Origin: Tubiluchus corallicola
Taxonomy: Eukaryota; Animalia; Priapulida
NCBI GenBank assembly: GCA_030141605.1
Contig: JAQGDQ010001031.1
Span: 1 to 64,000 of the forward strand
Reading direction: 5' to 3'
DNA length: 64,000 nt
Shown: piece by piece, positions 26,850 to 39,440 of the stretch
Numbering within the stretch: the first letter of the stretch is position 1
Layout: every line of letters begins with the position of its first letter
Made by a program: the position numbers and the translations under genes
Notes under the pieces: generated by a model
Seen by the model: the letters and a program-made list of their open reading frames with translations, nothing else
The model's database searches: none
What the model was told of the DNA's origin: nothing

Positions 26850-27700
26850 ACAGAGATCTGCCATCTTTTGATGCCACCATTACCTAATTACCAATATACA
26901 TGTGACCAGGCCAGCCAATGCTTAGCAAATATTTCTGAAGCGTTTCAAAACGTTTTGCAATGTACGCATTATTGTCCAGATAGATACCACTGTATTCCAT
27001 CAGAACCTACAAACGTGCCACGTCAGCTACATGTACAATAACTTCAATCGCATTTCCCATGACTAATTTGGATCTTTCTGTGGTTTTCACTTCGATCCCT
27101 TGACTGTGTCTCAGTACGCCCCAAATGGAGGTTCCTCGACATGCATGTACAGATGAATCCGATGAATGTTGTACCACACAGACCTCAGACAAGTCATCTC
27201 AACAAAAGACACGCATTTATTTCCTAATCTGATGTAATGGTCCATATTTGGAATCCCCATGCCTCCATCTAGGAACAATTCTTCGTCGGTGAACAATTCC
27301 ACGCTGCCAATTTTAACAGAACTTAATTTCAGTTTTTGGTGCGAATACAAATCATCTAAAATCTTCCATGTGGTTTTGATGAAAGAGCCACGTGACTGTG
27401 ACTCGGTTTCTGTGTATGCTTTCCAAATCAATTATAGCTGCCTGAAATAATCGCATTTACAAATCACGTTTTATCAAACTGTTTTTCAGCAGTTTCATGA
27501 TTTATGCAGCTCCAATCCTTGCAAATTTTGTTTTCCTTAACAAAGAAATTATTTCGACAAGATATATTTCTTATATAACGCAAATACTTCGCATTTAGTG
27601 CTAATAACATTTATCACAAAAATAATCACAATAGCATATTATATCATGTGGCACAAAAAAAATGTGTCGAACTTTGGATCACGAATTTGTAACAATGGGG
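26850..27700 (-). pseudogene. GT32 (alpha-1,4-glycosyltransferase-like, DxD sugar-binding) pseudogene, copy lacking the C-terminus
   Basis: IPNMDHYIR..SFVEMTCLRSV..LYMHVEEPPFGAY, HVADVARL*VLMEYSGIYLDNNAY, LSIGWP..YIGN*VMVA. A decayed hydrophobic N-terminus may lie at 27560-27700. Confidence 0.8.
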
Positions 27701-28849
27701 GCATATGAAAAAACAGATGGTCAATTTAAAATGTGTGACATTTTCTTTTATGTTAGAATGATAATTCTACAGTAAAAAATGTAACTTTGTTTAAAAATCT
27801 ACTGATTACCTCCCGGCAACAGAATAGCGTTATTTTCATTCTGTAACAATTTATTCGCAGTTAAGGGGTAAGCGGTGCTTCCCAACAAGAAGAATAATGA
27901 CAGAAAGATTTATGACGTGCATTAGAAGACAAAAAAACTTATAAAGTGAGTAAACTTGGCTAAAGGAAGTACTACACAATGGTAGTACAGGTTGCTAATC
28001 AGTTAAAGCTAATTGGTTAAACAATTACTTTACGAGAGCTTGGAGCATTGGCTAACCACGAAATATGCGCTGTGAATTTAATCTTATTCTCTCGAGTTTA
28101 CCAGCTTGGATATGCAATAAGCGTTTTCAGTGTGAGAATCTTAGGTGCCCGATTTGTGTGACAGACAGTACACTTACAGATTTACTATAAACACAAACAC
28201 TTTATAAACAGTTATATATTAAGTTTATAAATTTAACAAATTTCGGAAATATTAAATATTGGTAACAATGACAATTAAACTTTTTCACAATATGAGATAA
28301 TGATCGAATAACAGTGATCTGCATTAGTGTTTTAACTGTACGACTGGTTTGGCCAAGATGACAATCAATTTACTGACAATTGTTTCGTTTACAACTTTCA
28401 ATAATCAACTACAACTACATTCATATAACCAAGAAATATGATAAGTAAAACTACATAACACTGGGACTGTCCAATCTGCAAGTCCCAACAATTGGCTCAG
28501 TCCCTTTTCTAGTATGTGCAGTTCTGCGCTTCAGAGGCTGGCTCAAACCAACAATGCAGAAGAAATCTATGTTGATAGCAATAAAAAGTTTTGCTCCTAC
28601 CTTCGGAGAGTCCACACCTTGTCACTTGCTTGACATCGACCAAAGAAGCCATGACTCTGCCCCCCCCCTTATGAAAATCTCACATGTGACATGATACACC
28701 CTCCTGTCTAGCTATCGAGCATTCTGACTTTTAAGCGCTTTATGCCCCCCATTATCTGGCGTCTCGACTTCTGAGCTCTAAATGGGCTGTCACAATATTT
28801 TAAAAATTGTTCACTGAAGCACTCAAGACCTTTTGCAGCTGCCAAAGTA

Positions 28850-29420
28850 AACCTGGTAGTTTAGCTTTCTTTAATTTCTTTATCTAGATCATTCAATACC
28901 TTAATACAAAAACCTGAAGCACACATCGCTTTCTTTCTTGTTCTCTCTACGGGTATTTTAAAGTATTCATTCTGGCGTGTTGTATCGTTCAAACGTCTCA
29001 CAATTGTAAACAATTTTTGCATCCTTTCTGGTAACTAAATATTTTTCGGCTTTGTAGATTACCAATGATTTTTTATGATTTATCAAATCTTTTAGCTTTA
29101 GAGCTTTCAAATTACAAAACAAATGATTAGTATGGTCTTAACCAATTTTGTTCACAATTCTTATTGCTTCTTTTGAAATATGTAATGTACGTATTGCCCC
29201 ATATATCAGAACAATAATACAGATATGGCATAATTAATGAAGGATACAGAGTACACAATGATTGTTGCTTTAAAATGTGTTTAACTCTGCAAAGTATTGC
29301 TATGCTTTTAGACAATTTAGATTTAACAATTTTTATATGTACTTTCCAAGTCAGCATGTGGTTAATTTGTACTCCAGGAAAATTAATAACATATACTTCA
29401 ACATATATATATGTTATATT
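28850..29420 (-). mobile_element. L2/CR1-group LINE RT C-terminal fragment
   Basis: FPGVQINHMLTWKVHI..VKSKLSKSIAIL..VKHIL....LCTLY.SLIMPYLYYCSDIWGNTY. Confidence 0.8.
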
Positions 29421-29599
29421 AGTAATATGGAACATATATACTATTTTAGTTCTAAGACTGATCGCTGTGGAACGCCACATATCTCTCTCTTGTAAGTAGC
29501 TTTTTACCCTACCTTGTGCAACAGCTCTTATTCCTTATGTTCCTAATTTTTTTTAAGTGCAGCATGATCAATGTTTCAAACACTTTTTAATTAAATAAA

Positions 29600-30455
29600 C
29601 ACATAAATCATTTAACATTTTTATCATTGGTCTTCCTTGACAAGAAAATGAAAACAAAGACAAACATCTGCATCCATCACCAAACCTATGCTTGAAAAAA
29701 AAAGAAGCTCTTTGCTTTCCCGCTCTTTACTAGACTTGGAAGAACACCCATTGAAATGCTCTCCTGTTTCGTTGGCAACTTGCCACCATTATAATACCCA
29801 GCAGAATTGTTCAAGTTCAGATACGTTCTGTAATAGAATTGCAGAGATCTGCCATCTTTTAATGCCACCATTACCTAATTGCCAATATACATGTGATTAG
29901 GCCAGCCAATGCTTAGCAAATATTTCTGAAGCGTTTCAAAGCATTTTGCAACGTAACACATTATTGTTCAGATAGATACCACTGTATTCCATCAAAACCT
30001 ACTAACGTGCCACGTCAGCTACATGTACAATAACTTCAATCGCATTTCCCATGACTAATTTGGATCTTTCTGTGGTTTTCACTTCGATCCCTTCACTGTT
30101 TCTCAGCACGCCCCAAATGGAGGTTCCTCGACATGCATGTACAGATGAATCCGATGAATGTTGTACCACACAGACCTCAGACAAGTCATCTCAACAAAAG
30201 ACATGTTTCCTAATCTGATATAATGGTCCATATTTGGAATCCCCATGCCAAATTCATCGGCCTCCATCTAGGAACAATTCTTCGTTGGTGGACAATTCCA
30301 CGCTGCAAATTTTAACAGAACTTAATTTCAGCTTTTGTTGCGAATACAAATCATCTAAAATCTTCCATGTGGTTTTGATGAAAGAGCCACGTGACTGTGG
30401 CTCGGTATCTGTGTATGCTTTCCAAATCAATTATAGCTGCCTGAAATAATCGCAT
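29600..30455 (-). pseudogene. GT32 pseudogene, second copy (core plus C-terminus, lacking the N-terminus)
   Basis: 29841-30455 closely matches 26850-27456 and continues with KDGRSLQFYYRTY...YYNGGKLPT. Confidence 0.8.
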
Positions 30456-30760
30456 CGAAATCAATAAAACAATCCTACTAAATAACTGAGATGAATATTA
30501 ATTTTGTTCACTTCTCTGGGTATGGGGCAAGTCTTAAGTGACATCATACATATTGGTCTATCGCTCCGCCTCTGCTGTAACGTAAGCAGGCTCAGCAGCA
30601 TCAGGGACAACAGCTCACGCAGGACAACAACTGTCTAAGCTAAACTAAACTAAACAAAATGACAGTCACAGCTAATGTCTAGTCAGCAGATAAACTGATT
30701 GCTGCTTTTTATACACACAAATTTGAAGAACAGCAGCTAGTTTAACACGAAATTAGCACT

Positions 30761-33355
30761 TCACAAATTAGGCCTTTGAAAATAATTGGGAAGCTTTCGA
30801 ACAGCGCCTTAAAAAAATTTTATTACTCACAAAACTATAATACCCAAGAATCTTTGCAAAAATTTGAGCAAATAAACTAAACTCGCACATCCTAGGAGGA
30901 TAAAACATCGCGTGAAAGACATTTTGCAAATGCAATTTGCAAAGACTGATTCGTTATCAAGAAGTCTGTATAAATATTTTTCAAGATCACACCTAACAAA
31001 GACCCTTTCAAATTCAATACGTCTATATTTGTGCTAAAACACGGATGAATAGTTTCACTTGTTTGTGAAATTTAGCCAAACATGACTTTTCAATTCATAC
31101 AGAATGTAGAGATGAAGTTTCAAAGCACTACAAAATACAGAGACATAAAAATAAACCAGTTCGCCATGCTTTACAATAAACGAGCAACAAAAATATTAAG
31201 TCTTTCTTGCCTTTAAACGTACGAACGTCAAGCCTGCGATGCATTTTTCTATATTAACTGATCATGTGCGCGTATGCAAGATTTATTCAGTTTTTGTATT
31301 TTGCTGTTTGTCAGGCTAAGGAAATGGAATAAATTTGGCTGTGCCAATCCATAGACGGCCGTTATATTGAATGCCCATGTCACACAAGCCCCAATGGCAT
31401 TTTTAATGATGAGTAAAACCAGAAAAATAGCGTAAAACTAGCTAATATTACATTGTAAGTACACATGTACAATGTATGTTTTGACCACATTATTCGAATT
31501 AATTTTGACTGTGAAGTTTTCATTAAGGTTTATAAAAAGTAGCGAGAAAATAAAACATTTTAAACTGTCCTTATTTAATGTTAATCAAATAGTTATTTTT
31601 ATCTAAGTTACAAAGCTATAAACTAAAATAAACTGCATTTTTTCTTGATTAAAAATGGTTTAATTAGCAACTCATAGACGTAAGCGTTGTGCATTTCTTC
31701 CTGTAAACGAAATTAGACAATGTATTTCCACTAGTTCATTTGCAATTTCAATTGGTAATAATAAAATCTAGAACCAGGCCAATATTTCTCCTGCTAACTA
31801 ATGAAATTCATAACAGCATTAGATGCATCTGTAGCTAAATGTCCCAAACGTACCTGCATTAAATAAGCTCTGCAGGGGTGAGAAATAACTTGCACGCTGA
31901 TTGAGTGGTCAACGAAAATAATTGACATTATGTTAGATGTCAATTGCAGTTCCATATAACCAATATTGTAATATAATATAATATTTCTCAAAATTGTAAT
32001 GCTGTCGACCTCCATCCAACATTAATTCATTCATCTATTCGTCAGAGGCACTTTCGCAAGTATATTAAATACCTGGGAGAAGCTGAGAGGGTTCTCTTCT
32101 AAATGTAATAAAATATCTTTTTATTTTGTTTGTTCATTGGCTCGATTCAAAATAAAATCACAACTGAGCTTTTTTAGAATTTTTGTTTCGTTTTGCTGAA
32201 TAGACATTTTGTAGCTGTTTAAGCGAGTTCAAGAAAGGTTTGTGCTCTTTTATAATTTGTTTAACGCTCAATGCATTGTTTATTTTTATAACGTGACGAC
32301 AAGCAATAATAATTTTTTATAAATTTTGCATAAATTTCGTGTATACTGTACAAACTGTTTCTAAGTGTTTCTAAGTATCTAATACCCAGTGGTATTGAAA
32401 TCGTCCAATTCATGAAGCGTAGCTATACATCAATAGAACATAATCCTGCTTCAAATCATTGGTGATTATAATCTGGCTCTTTTAACTCAGTTAACAAAGT
32501 AATTTCCCACTCTTTCAATGGTACTCCAGCGTGGTGGTTTAATTTTGGAAAGATTTAACCTTGAATTTTGTTGTCTGTATGCGTTGTTGTCAGTATTTGC
32601 TAAGCATCTCTTTGTAATTCTTTCCCGGGGAGTTTCAGGGAGGCATCTTAAACAAAACAAAAAAGTTCCTGCAGCCTATTGACATTCTTGTCTATGTTTG
32701 CTTAGTATCTCTTCTTAATTCTTTCCCTGGGAGTTCAAGGATGACAGCTTAACTTAACGAAAAACTCTGCAGCCTATTGACATTCTTGTCTATGTTTGCT
32801 TAGCATCTCTTCCTAATTCTTTCCCTGGGAGTTCAAGGATGCCAGCTTAACTTAACGAAAAACTCTGCAATCTATTGACATTCTTGTCTGTATTTGCTAA
32901 GCGTCTCTTCTTAACTCTTTCCCTGGGAGTTCCAGGTTATCAGCTTAACAAAACAAAAAAAGCTTCTCCAGTCTATTGATAATATTGCCTGTCTTTTAAC
33001 TCATTCTTTCCAGTATTTAAACTGGGTGTGACGAGTTTACTTAAGAATTCTGCGAAACACAAAGAAGAGAAACTATTCATCCATGTTTTAACACATATTG
33101 AATTTGAAAGGGTCTTTGTTAGATGTGATCCTGAAAAATATTTATACAGACTTGTTGATAACGAATCAGTTTCTGCGAATTGTATTTGCAAAACTTCTTT
33201 CACGCGATGTTTTATCCTCCTAAGATGTGTGAGTTTAGTTTATTTGCTCAAATTTTTGCAGAGATTCCTGGATATTATTGTTTTTGTGAGTAGTAAAATT
33301 TTATTAAGTCACTGTTCGAAAGCTTCCCAATTATTTTCAAAGGCATAATTTGTGA
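30761..33355. repeat. Pair of ~300-bp inverted repeats (30761-31065 and 33060-33355) enclosing ~2 kb
   Basis: tcacaaattaggcctttgaaaataattgggaagctttcgaacag...gaccctttcaaattcaat is found as its reverse complement at 33060-33355. Confidence 0.85.
32570..32995. repeat. 98-bp tandem repeat, about 4 copies
   Basis: gacattcttgtc recurs at 32681, 32779 and 32877. Confidence 0.9.
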
Positions 33356-34279
33356 CGAATAATAATATTTTATTAAGATGAAGAAACAATACACTGCATA
33401 AGCAATGATTAAATCAGCTACTCCGGCAGCACTAAAAAATTTTTTCACTGCATTGTGATTCTGTTGTAGTGGATCGACTAATCGATTTAACATGGTTATG
33501 TGAAAACAAATTAGTTACATAACTGCTAAACATTTATGAGTTCAATCAGGACAACTCTGAGAAAATTTGACGCAAGATAAAAATTAGTGGGTCTTTTTAA
33601 TCTGATTGCAACTTAACCTATTCATACTAACGTATTTTGTGGGATACTAGAACTTTTCCTGCAAATAAATTTAACGAAATTATAAGACTTTAAGTGTGAT
33701 AGTTAATTCGTTTGGTAATAGTTATTTAAGTCAATTACAACAAACTGAAAATTGTGAGAAAATAGTGAACTAGAAAAATTATATAGCTCCAAAACCGTGC
33801 TAGTCACAATACTTTGGAGGTAACTTTGTGCAGATTAACAAAGGGCGCATACTAGTGTTTCGAAACTCAGAAAAATATCAGCAGCTACAAACTAAAGCAG
33901 ATTTTCTGCTTTTGTAAAGTTTTTAAAAAAAGTCGTAATTTGTTTTTTTGCATTTACCAAAGAATGTTATGTATCCCACTGGATATTAGCAACAAAAGAT
34001 GTTTTCTGTGTTTCTTTGAAATTCACTTTCGTATAAAGAATTATGGTTATTTACTGCAGAGCAAAAACTGCTTTTTAGTTCAAATCAAATCACATCAAAT
34101 CAAACTTTATTTAAAGTCGGGTTTTACAAAAAACACAGAAAGAACTGACTACTAAGAGCTATTAAGGAGACTCGTATAACAAATCTTATCTGCTGAAATA
34201 AAATAGTGTATAAGTTGTAAAAATACATTTCAATTATAGATCTAAAATAAAATACATTGGACCTTTTTTCAAGGTTGTT

Positions 34280-35435
34280 CATCCCAGTAACTCTTACGAT
34301 GCAAAGTTGTGTGAAATTTCTTGAACCTTCAAAAAGTGAGATTATTAATGTCAGCCTATCAATCGCTATTAAATTCCAGTCAAAATTATGTGGATTAAGA
34401 TCCTTCTTTGTGTGCAGGTAGTAACCTGCCACTCAGGTAAGCACTTCAATTAGCGAGGCTATTATTGTCAGCTTATCAATCGCTATTAAATTCCAGACAA
34501 AATTATTGGGGATTAAAATCTTTCTTTGTCGGCAGGGAGTAACCTGCCACTCAGGTAAACACTTCAAATAGCGAGGCTAATATTATCAGCTTATCAATCG
34601 TTATTAAATTCCAGGCAAAATTGTTGAAGATAAGATCTTTATTTGTTTGCAGGTTGTGAGCGGCCCATCATCTCAGATACTTTAGAAGATTTTAAACAGC
34701 AATAAGCTCCTCCTTGTGTGCAGGGAGCGTGTCTTAAGAGGTCTGGATGCAATTCAGCGTTTTGCAAAATCTGCCGAGATTTCAAGTTTCTAATGCGAAT
34801 TTTGGAAGAAATTGTTGCAGATTTTTAAGGCCTGTGTGATTAGCGTTTTATGATCAACTCAAATAATTAACAAGATTTATAATTATGCAGCCATCCTTTG
34901 TACAGACAGCGCCTCTAGAATGGTTCGGTATTTGGCATTTTATGTTATAAAATAAATAAAAACTAAGTAAAGCTAATCTTACAGTCAGCTAATCTAAGTT
35001 AGCTGAAGCTGTAAATCATTATGAAAAGTGCTGGTACAAGCAATGTAACAAAGATTTAAAAAGTAAAAGAAAAATTGTGAAAAAAGTGAAAAATAATTTT
35101 TTAGAAATTCCTAAAGAATTTTTTGATTAGTTTGTTCTGCCCTTCAAACTATGTATAAAGCAATGGCAGTTTTATTAATACGGATCAAATTACTGATTTC
35201 TGAGATCACAAATTTGGTGAACAATAAGTTTATTTTAACACAAGACTGAATCATTGGACTGAACATTTACATGTAATACTGGAAAGTCAAGGAACTAAAG
35301 TTAATTTTTCAAAAAAATAAAAAATAAATGGTCACATTCTGTATTAAATTTCCTTATTACATAAAGCGATTATCTAGTTTCGGCTGAACTAAAGATGTAC
35401 AGTTTCAAGGTTTATACATTTTGCAAACAGTCTTT
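34280..35435 (+). repeat. Dispersed composite repeat with ~2.5 copies of a 118-bp unit and an ~800-bp tail
   Basis: Unit tcaaatagcgaggctattattgtcagcttatcaatcg...acctgccactcaggtaaacact. The tail at 34600-35435 matches 38620-39440. Confidence 0.85.
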
Positions 35436-35440
35436 AACAT

Positions 35441-36012
35441 TGCAATGCAACCGCACTTATTTACTTATTTTCTATGCAACAGCACTTATTTACTTATTTT
35501 CTATGCAACCACACTTATTTACTTAATTTCTGTGCAACAGCACTCATTTGCTGACAACCACAACAACCGAACTTAATTTCTGTGCAACAGCACTCATTTG
35601 CTGACAACCACAACAACCACACTTATCTACTTATTTTCTAAGCAACAGCACTTTTATTTGCTGACAACCACAACAACCGCACTTATTTTCTTTGCCACAG
35701 CACTTATTATCTCTGCGACAGCACTTCTTTGCTGACAACTACAACAACCCCATGCATTTTCTACGCCACAGCACTTATTTGCTGACAACCAAACCAACCG
35801 CACTTATTTTCTACGCAACAGCACTTATTTGTTGACAACCACAACAACCGCACTTATTTTCTACGCAACAGCACTTATTTGCTGACAACCACAACAACCG
35901 CACTTATTTTCTACGCAACAGCACTTATTTGTTGACAACCACAACAACCGCACTTATTTTCTATGCAACTGCACTTATTTGCTGACAACTAAAACAACCG
36001 CACTTATTTTCT
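35441..36012. repeat. Minisatellite of 29-bp units changing to ~50-bp units
   Basis: gcaaccgcacttatttacttattttctat, then gcacttatttgctgacaaccacaacaaccgcacttattttctacgcaaca. Reverse-complement relative of the 55.3-57.5 kb array. Confidence 0.9.
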
Positions 36013-36248
36013 TATTTTCCTACATGTCTTTCTCTAAGCTTCAGTTTGTTAATACAAGATTTTAAGTAAAATCCAGAATTTTTCACACCTTCATTACAAA
36101 AGAGCAAAATTTGTTGTAAAATAAGCTTGGAGTTGAAAATGTGAAAGCTCTTTGTGTTGAATGATTGTGAAGGAACATTAATGTTTATGCAGTCAGACAT
36201 TTCTTCAGTTAACAGCTCTGAGCTTTAAACTTTATTGTAAACAAAACT

Positions 36249-36582
36249 TCACCACAACTTGTGTCTGTAATTATGACATACTAAAAACATAATTATACAT
36301 TGAAGTAATGGTGTCAGATGGTTGTGATGTGGCCTGAGTTGAGTCAGGCTAACTGTCAAGTGAAATCTCTGAAGATGAGCCACTGAACTGTCAGAAGTGT
36401 CCCATCCATGTGTATGTGTGAAACATTCTCCACAGTTTAAATAACCAGGATCAGCATGGCAAACGGAACAGTCCAGATGAGTATCGAACCTATGTGTGAA
36501 ACCTTCCAGATGAGAATCGAACTTATGTCTCACGAATCGTTCCTGCAGGGCTAGCAAATTATCCCACTCTTCATGAACCAGA
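36249..36582 (-). other. Putative orphan exon encoding a CxxC...CxxC motif
   Basis: Acceptor aaattacag| at 36583; the frame reads LVHEEWDNLLALQERF...CSVCHADPGYLNCGECF. Confidence 0.3.
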
Positions 36583-36799
36583 CTGTAATTTATTTATAAA
36601 AAATATGAATAATATTATATAGTCTATACTGTAGTCTGTGTGCATATATCAGTTTTTTATGTTATAGAATTATAATAAAATCATTAAATCAGTAATTAGT
36701 AACAATGATCATTGAGACAATAGCAGTGCCAAATGTTTTCTAACATGTCAAACTTGAAAAACCATAACTCGTTCATTTTTAGTCTAATGTTTGTATAAA

Positions 36800-39440
36800 A
36801 ACTTTATCATTGACGTTTCAAGGTTGGTCATTTACCCACAATTCCTCACGCTGCCAAGATTGTTGTGAAATCTACCGAATCAACTTAAAAAGAGAGATTA
36901 TTGAGCTGTTGTTTCATCTCAGACACATTTGTATTATGTCTTCCTTTGTGTAAAGGGCGTCGCGGCATGAGTTGCATCTTAGCTCAACAATTCACAAGAT
37001 TTCAATAATTATTAAATTCCAAACCGAATTACTGAAGAATTGCATCTTCTTTTGTGTTTAGGACGCGACGACATAAACCGCATCCTACGTCAATATTTCT
37101 CAATATTTCTATTATTGTAATAAGTGATTGTAATTTCTTAAACTTGAGACTTGGTAAGCAACAAGTATCAACACTGAAGTCAAAAAAGTTTCTTCAAAGC
37201 ATTGAAAGTTGTTAAAATGTTTTTACTTTTGTGCTTCAGTGTTCATTTCAGAGATTATATCATATTCAAGGTTGGTCATTGCCCAGTAGTTCTCACGCAG
37301 CTAAGATTGTTGTGAAATTTGCAGAAACCTTCAAATAGCGAGGCTATTATTGTCAGCTTATCAATCGCTATTAAATTTCAGACAAAATTATTGGGGATTA
37401 AAATCCTTCTTTGTGTGCAGGGAGTAACCTGCCACTCAAGTAAACACTTCAAATAGCGAGGCTATTATTGTCAGCTTATCAATCGCTATTAAATTCCAGG
37501 CAAAATTATTGGGGATTAAAATCCTTCTTTGTGTGCAGGTAGTAAACTGCCACTCAGGTAAACACTTCAAATAACGAGACTATTATTGTCAGCTTATCAA
37601 TCGCTATTAAATTCCAGACAAAATTATTGGGGATTATAATCTTTCTTTGTCGGCAGGGAGTAACCTGCCACTCAGGTAAACACTTCAAATAGCGAGGCTA
37701 TTATTATCAGCTTATCAATCGTTATTAAGTTCCAGACAAAATTATTGGGGATTACAATCTTTCTTTGTCGGCAGGGAGTAACCTGCCACTCAGGTAAACA
37801 CTTCAAATAGCGAGGCTATTATTATCAGCTTATCAATCGTTATTAAGTTCCAGACAGAATCTTTGGGGATTACAATCTTTCTTTGTCGGCAGGGAGTAAC
37901 CTGCCACTCAGGTAAATACTTCAAAAGGATTATAAATAAGCTGCTCTTTTGTGTGCAGAGAGAGCGCATCTCAAGGTGTCTGCAATTTAATGTTTTGCGG
38001 AATTTGCTGCAAAGATTATAAACTTCAAAAGTCGGTGTAATTATTTTCGGTTCGTTTCAGTCAATATTAAATTCCAGACAAAATTATTGGGGATTATTAT
38101 CTTTATTTGTGTGCAGGTAGTAACCTGCAAAAGAACGAGCGACAAGCAAAAGAACAATGACGACACAGTCATTGTGAAAAAGATTTTAAAAAAGAAAAGC
38201 AATGGTAAGCAACAAGTATCAACACTGAAGTCAAAAAAGTTTCTTCAAAGCATTGAAAACTGTTAAAATGTTTTTACTTTTGTGCTTCGGGGTTCATTTA
38301 AGAGATTTTATCATATTCAAGGTTGGTCATTGCCCAGCAGTTCTCACGCAGCTAAGATTGTTGTGGAATTTGCAGAAACCTTCAAATAACGAGACTATTA
38401 TTGTTATCTCTGAAGTCATTATTAAATTCCAGACAAAATTATTGGGAATTAAAATCTTTCTTTGTCGGCAGGGAGTAACCAACCACTCAGGTAAACACTT
38501 CAGAAGGATTATAAATAAGCTGTTCTTTTGTGTCCAGAGAGCGCGTCTCAAGATGTCTGCAATTTGGTATTTTGCGAAATCTGCCGCCAGGATTATTAAT
38601 TTCAAGGGTTATTATTTCTGAAATCATTATTAAATTCCAGACACAATTATTGAAGAAAAGATCTTTATTTGTTTGTAGGGTGTGAAAGGCAAATCATCTC
38701 AAAGACTTTAGAAGATTTTAAAAAGCAATAAGCTGCTCTTTGTTTGCAGAGAGCGTGTCTTAAGAGGTCTGCATGCAATTCAGCGTTTTGCCAGGATTAC
38801 AAGTTTCTAATGCGACTTCTGGAGAAAGTTGAAGGTTAAAATCGTATTTTGTAGGCCTGTGCGATTAGCGTTTTAGGATCAACTGAAATACTTAACAAGA
38901 TATATGATTAAGCAGCCCTCCTTTGCACAGACAGCGCATCTCACATGGTTCGGTATTTGGAATTTTATGTTATAAAATAAATAACAACTAAGTAAAGCTA
39001 ATCTTGCAGTCAGCTAATCTAAGTTAGCTGAAGCTTTAAATCATCGTGAAAAGTGCTGGTACCACAAATGTAACAAAGATTTAAAAAGTAATAGAAAATT
39101 GATTAAATTAAAAACAATTTTTCAGGAATTCCTAAAAAAAATTTGACTAGATTAATTCTGTCCTTCAGACTATGTATAAGGCAATGGCAGTTTCATTAAT
39201 GCTGATAAATTAATGATTTCTGAGGTCGTAAATTTGGTGAACAATAAGTTTATTTCAACACAAGACTAATTCATTGGACTGAGCATTAACATCTAATACT
39301 GGAAAGTCAATTCACTAAAGTTAATTTTTCAATAAAATAAATGCTAACATTGTGTATTAAATTTCCTTATTACATAAAGCAATTTTCTAGTTTCAGCTGA
39401 ACTAAAGATGTTACAGTTTCAAGATTTATACATTTTCCAC
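36800..39440 (+). repeat. Composite repeat block with five tandem 118-bp units (37331-37920) and internal duplications
   Basis: Units start at 37331, 37449, 37567, 37685 and 37803. 37150-37330 is repeated at 38205-38390. Confidence 0.9.

Noticed and set aside
26850-30455. Alternative genetic code (TAG = Gln) suggested by TAG at expected Gln/Glu positions in GT32
   Set aside because: The same genes also carry frameshifts and TGA stops, and the long intact ORFs contain no in-frame TAA/TAG. CAG-to-TAG decay explains the pattern.
5315-30455. Bacterial polysaccharide operon or contamination
   Set aside because: Genes lie on both strands kilobases apart, have spliceosomal splice sites and a type II anchor, and are interleaved with animal-type retroelements.
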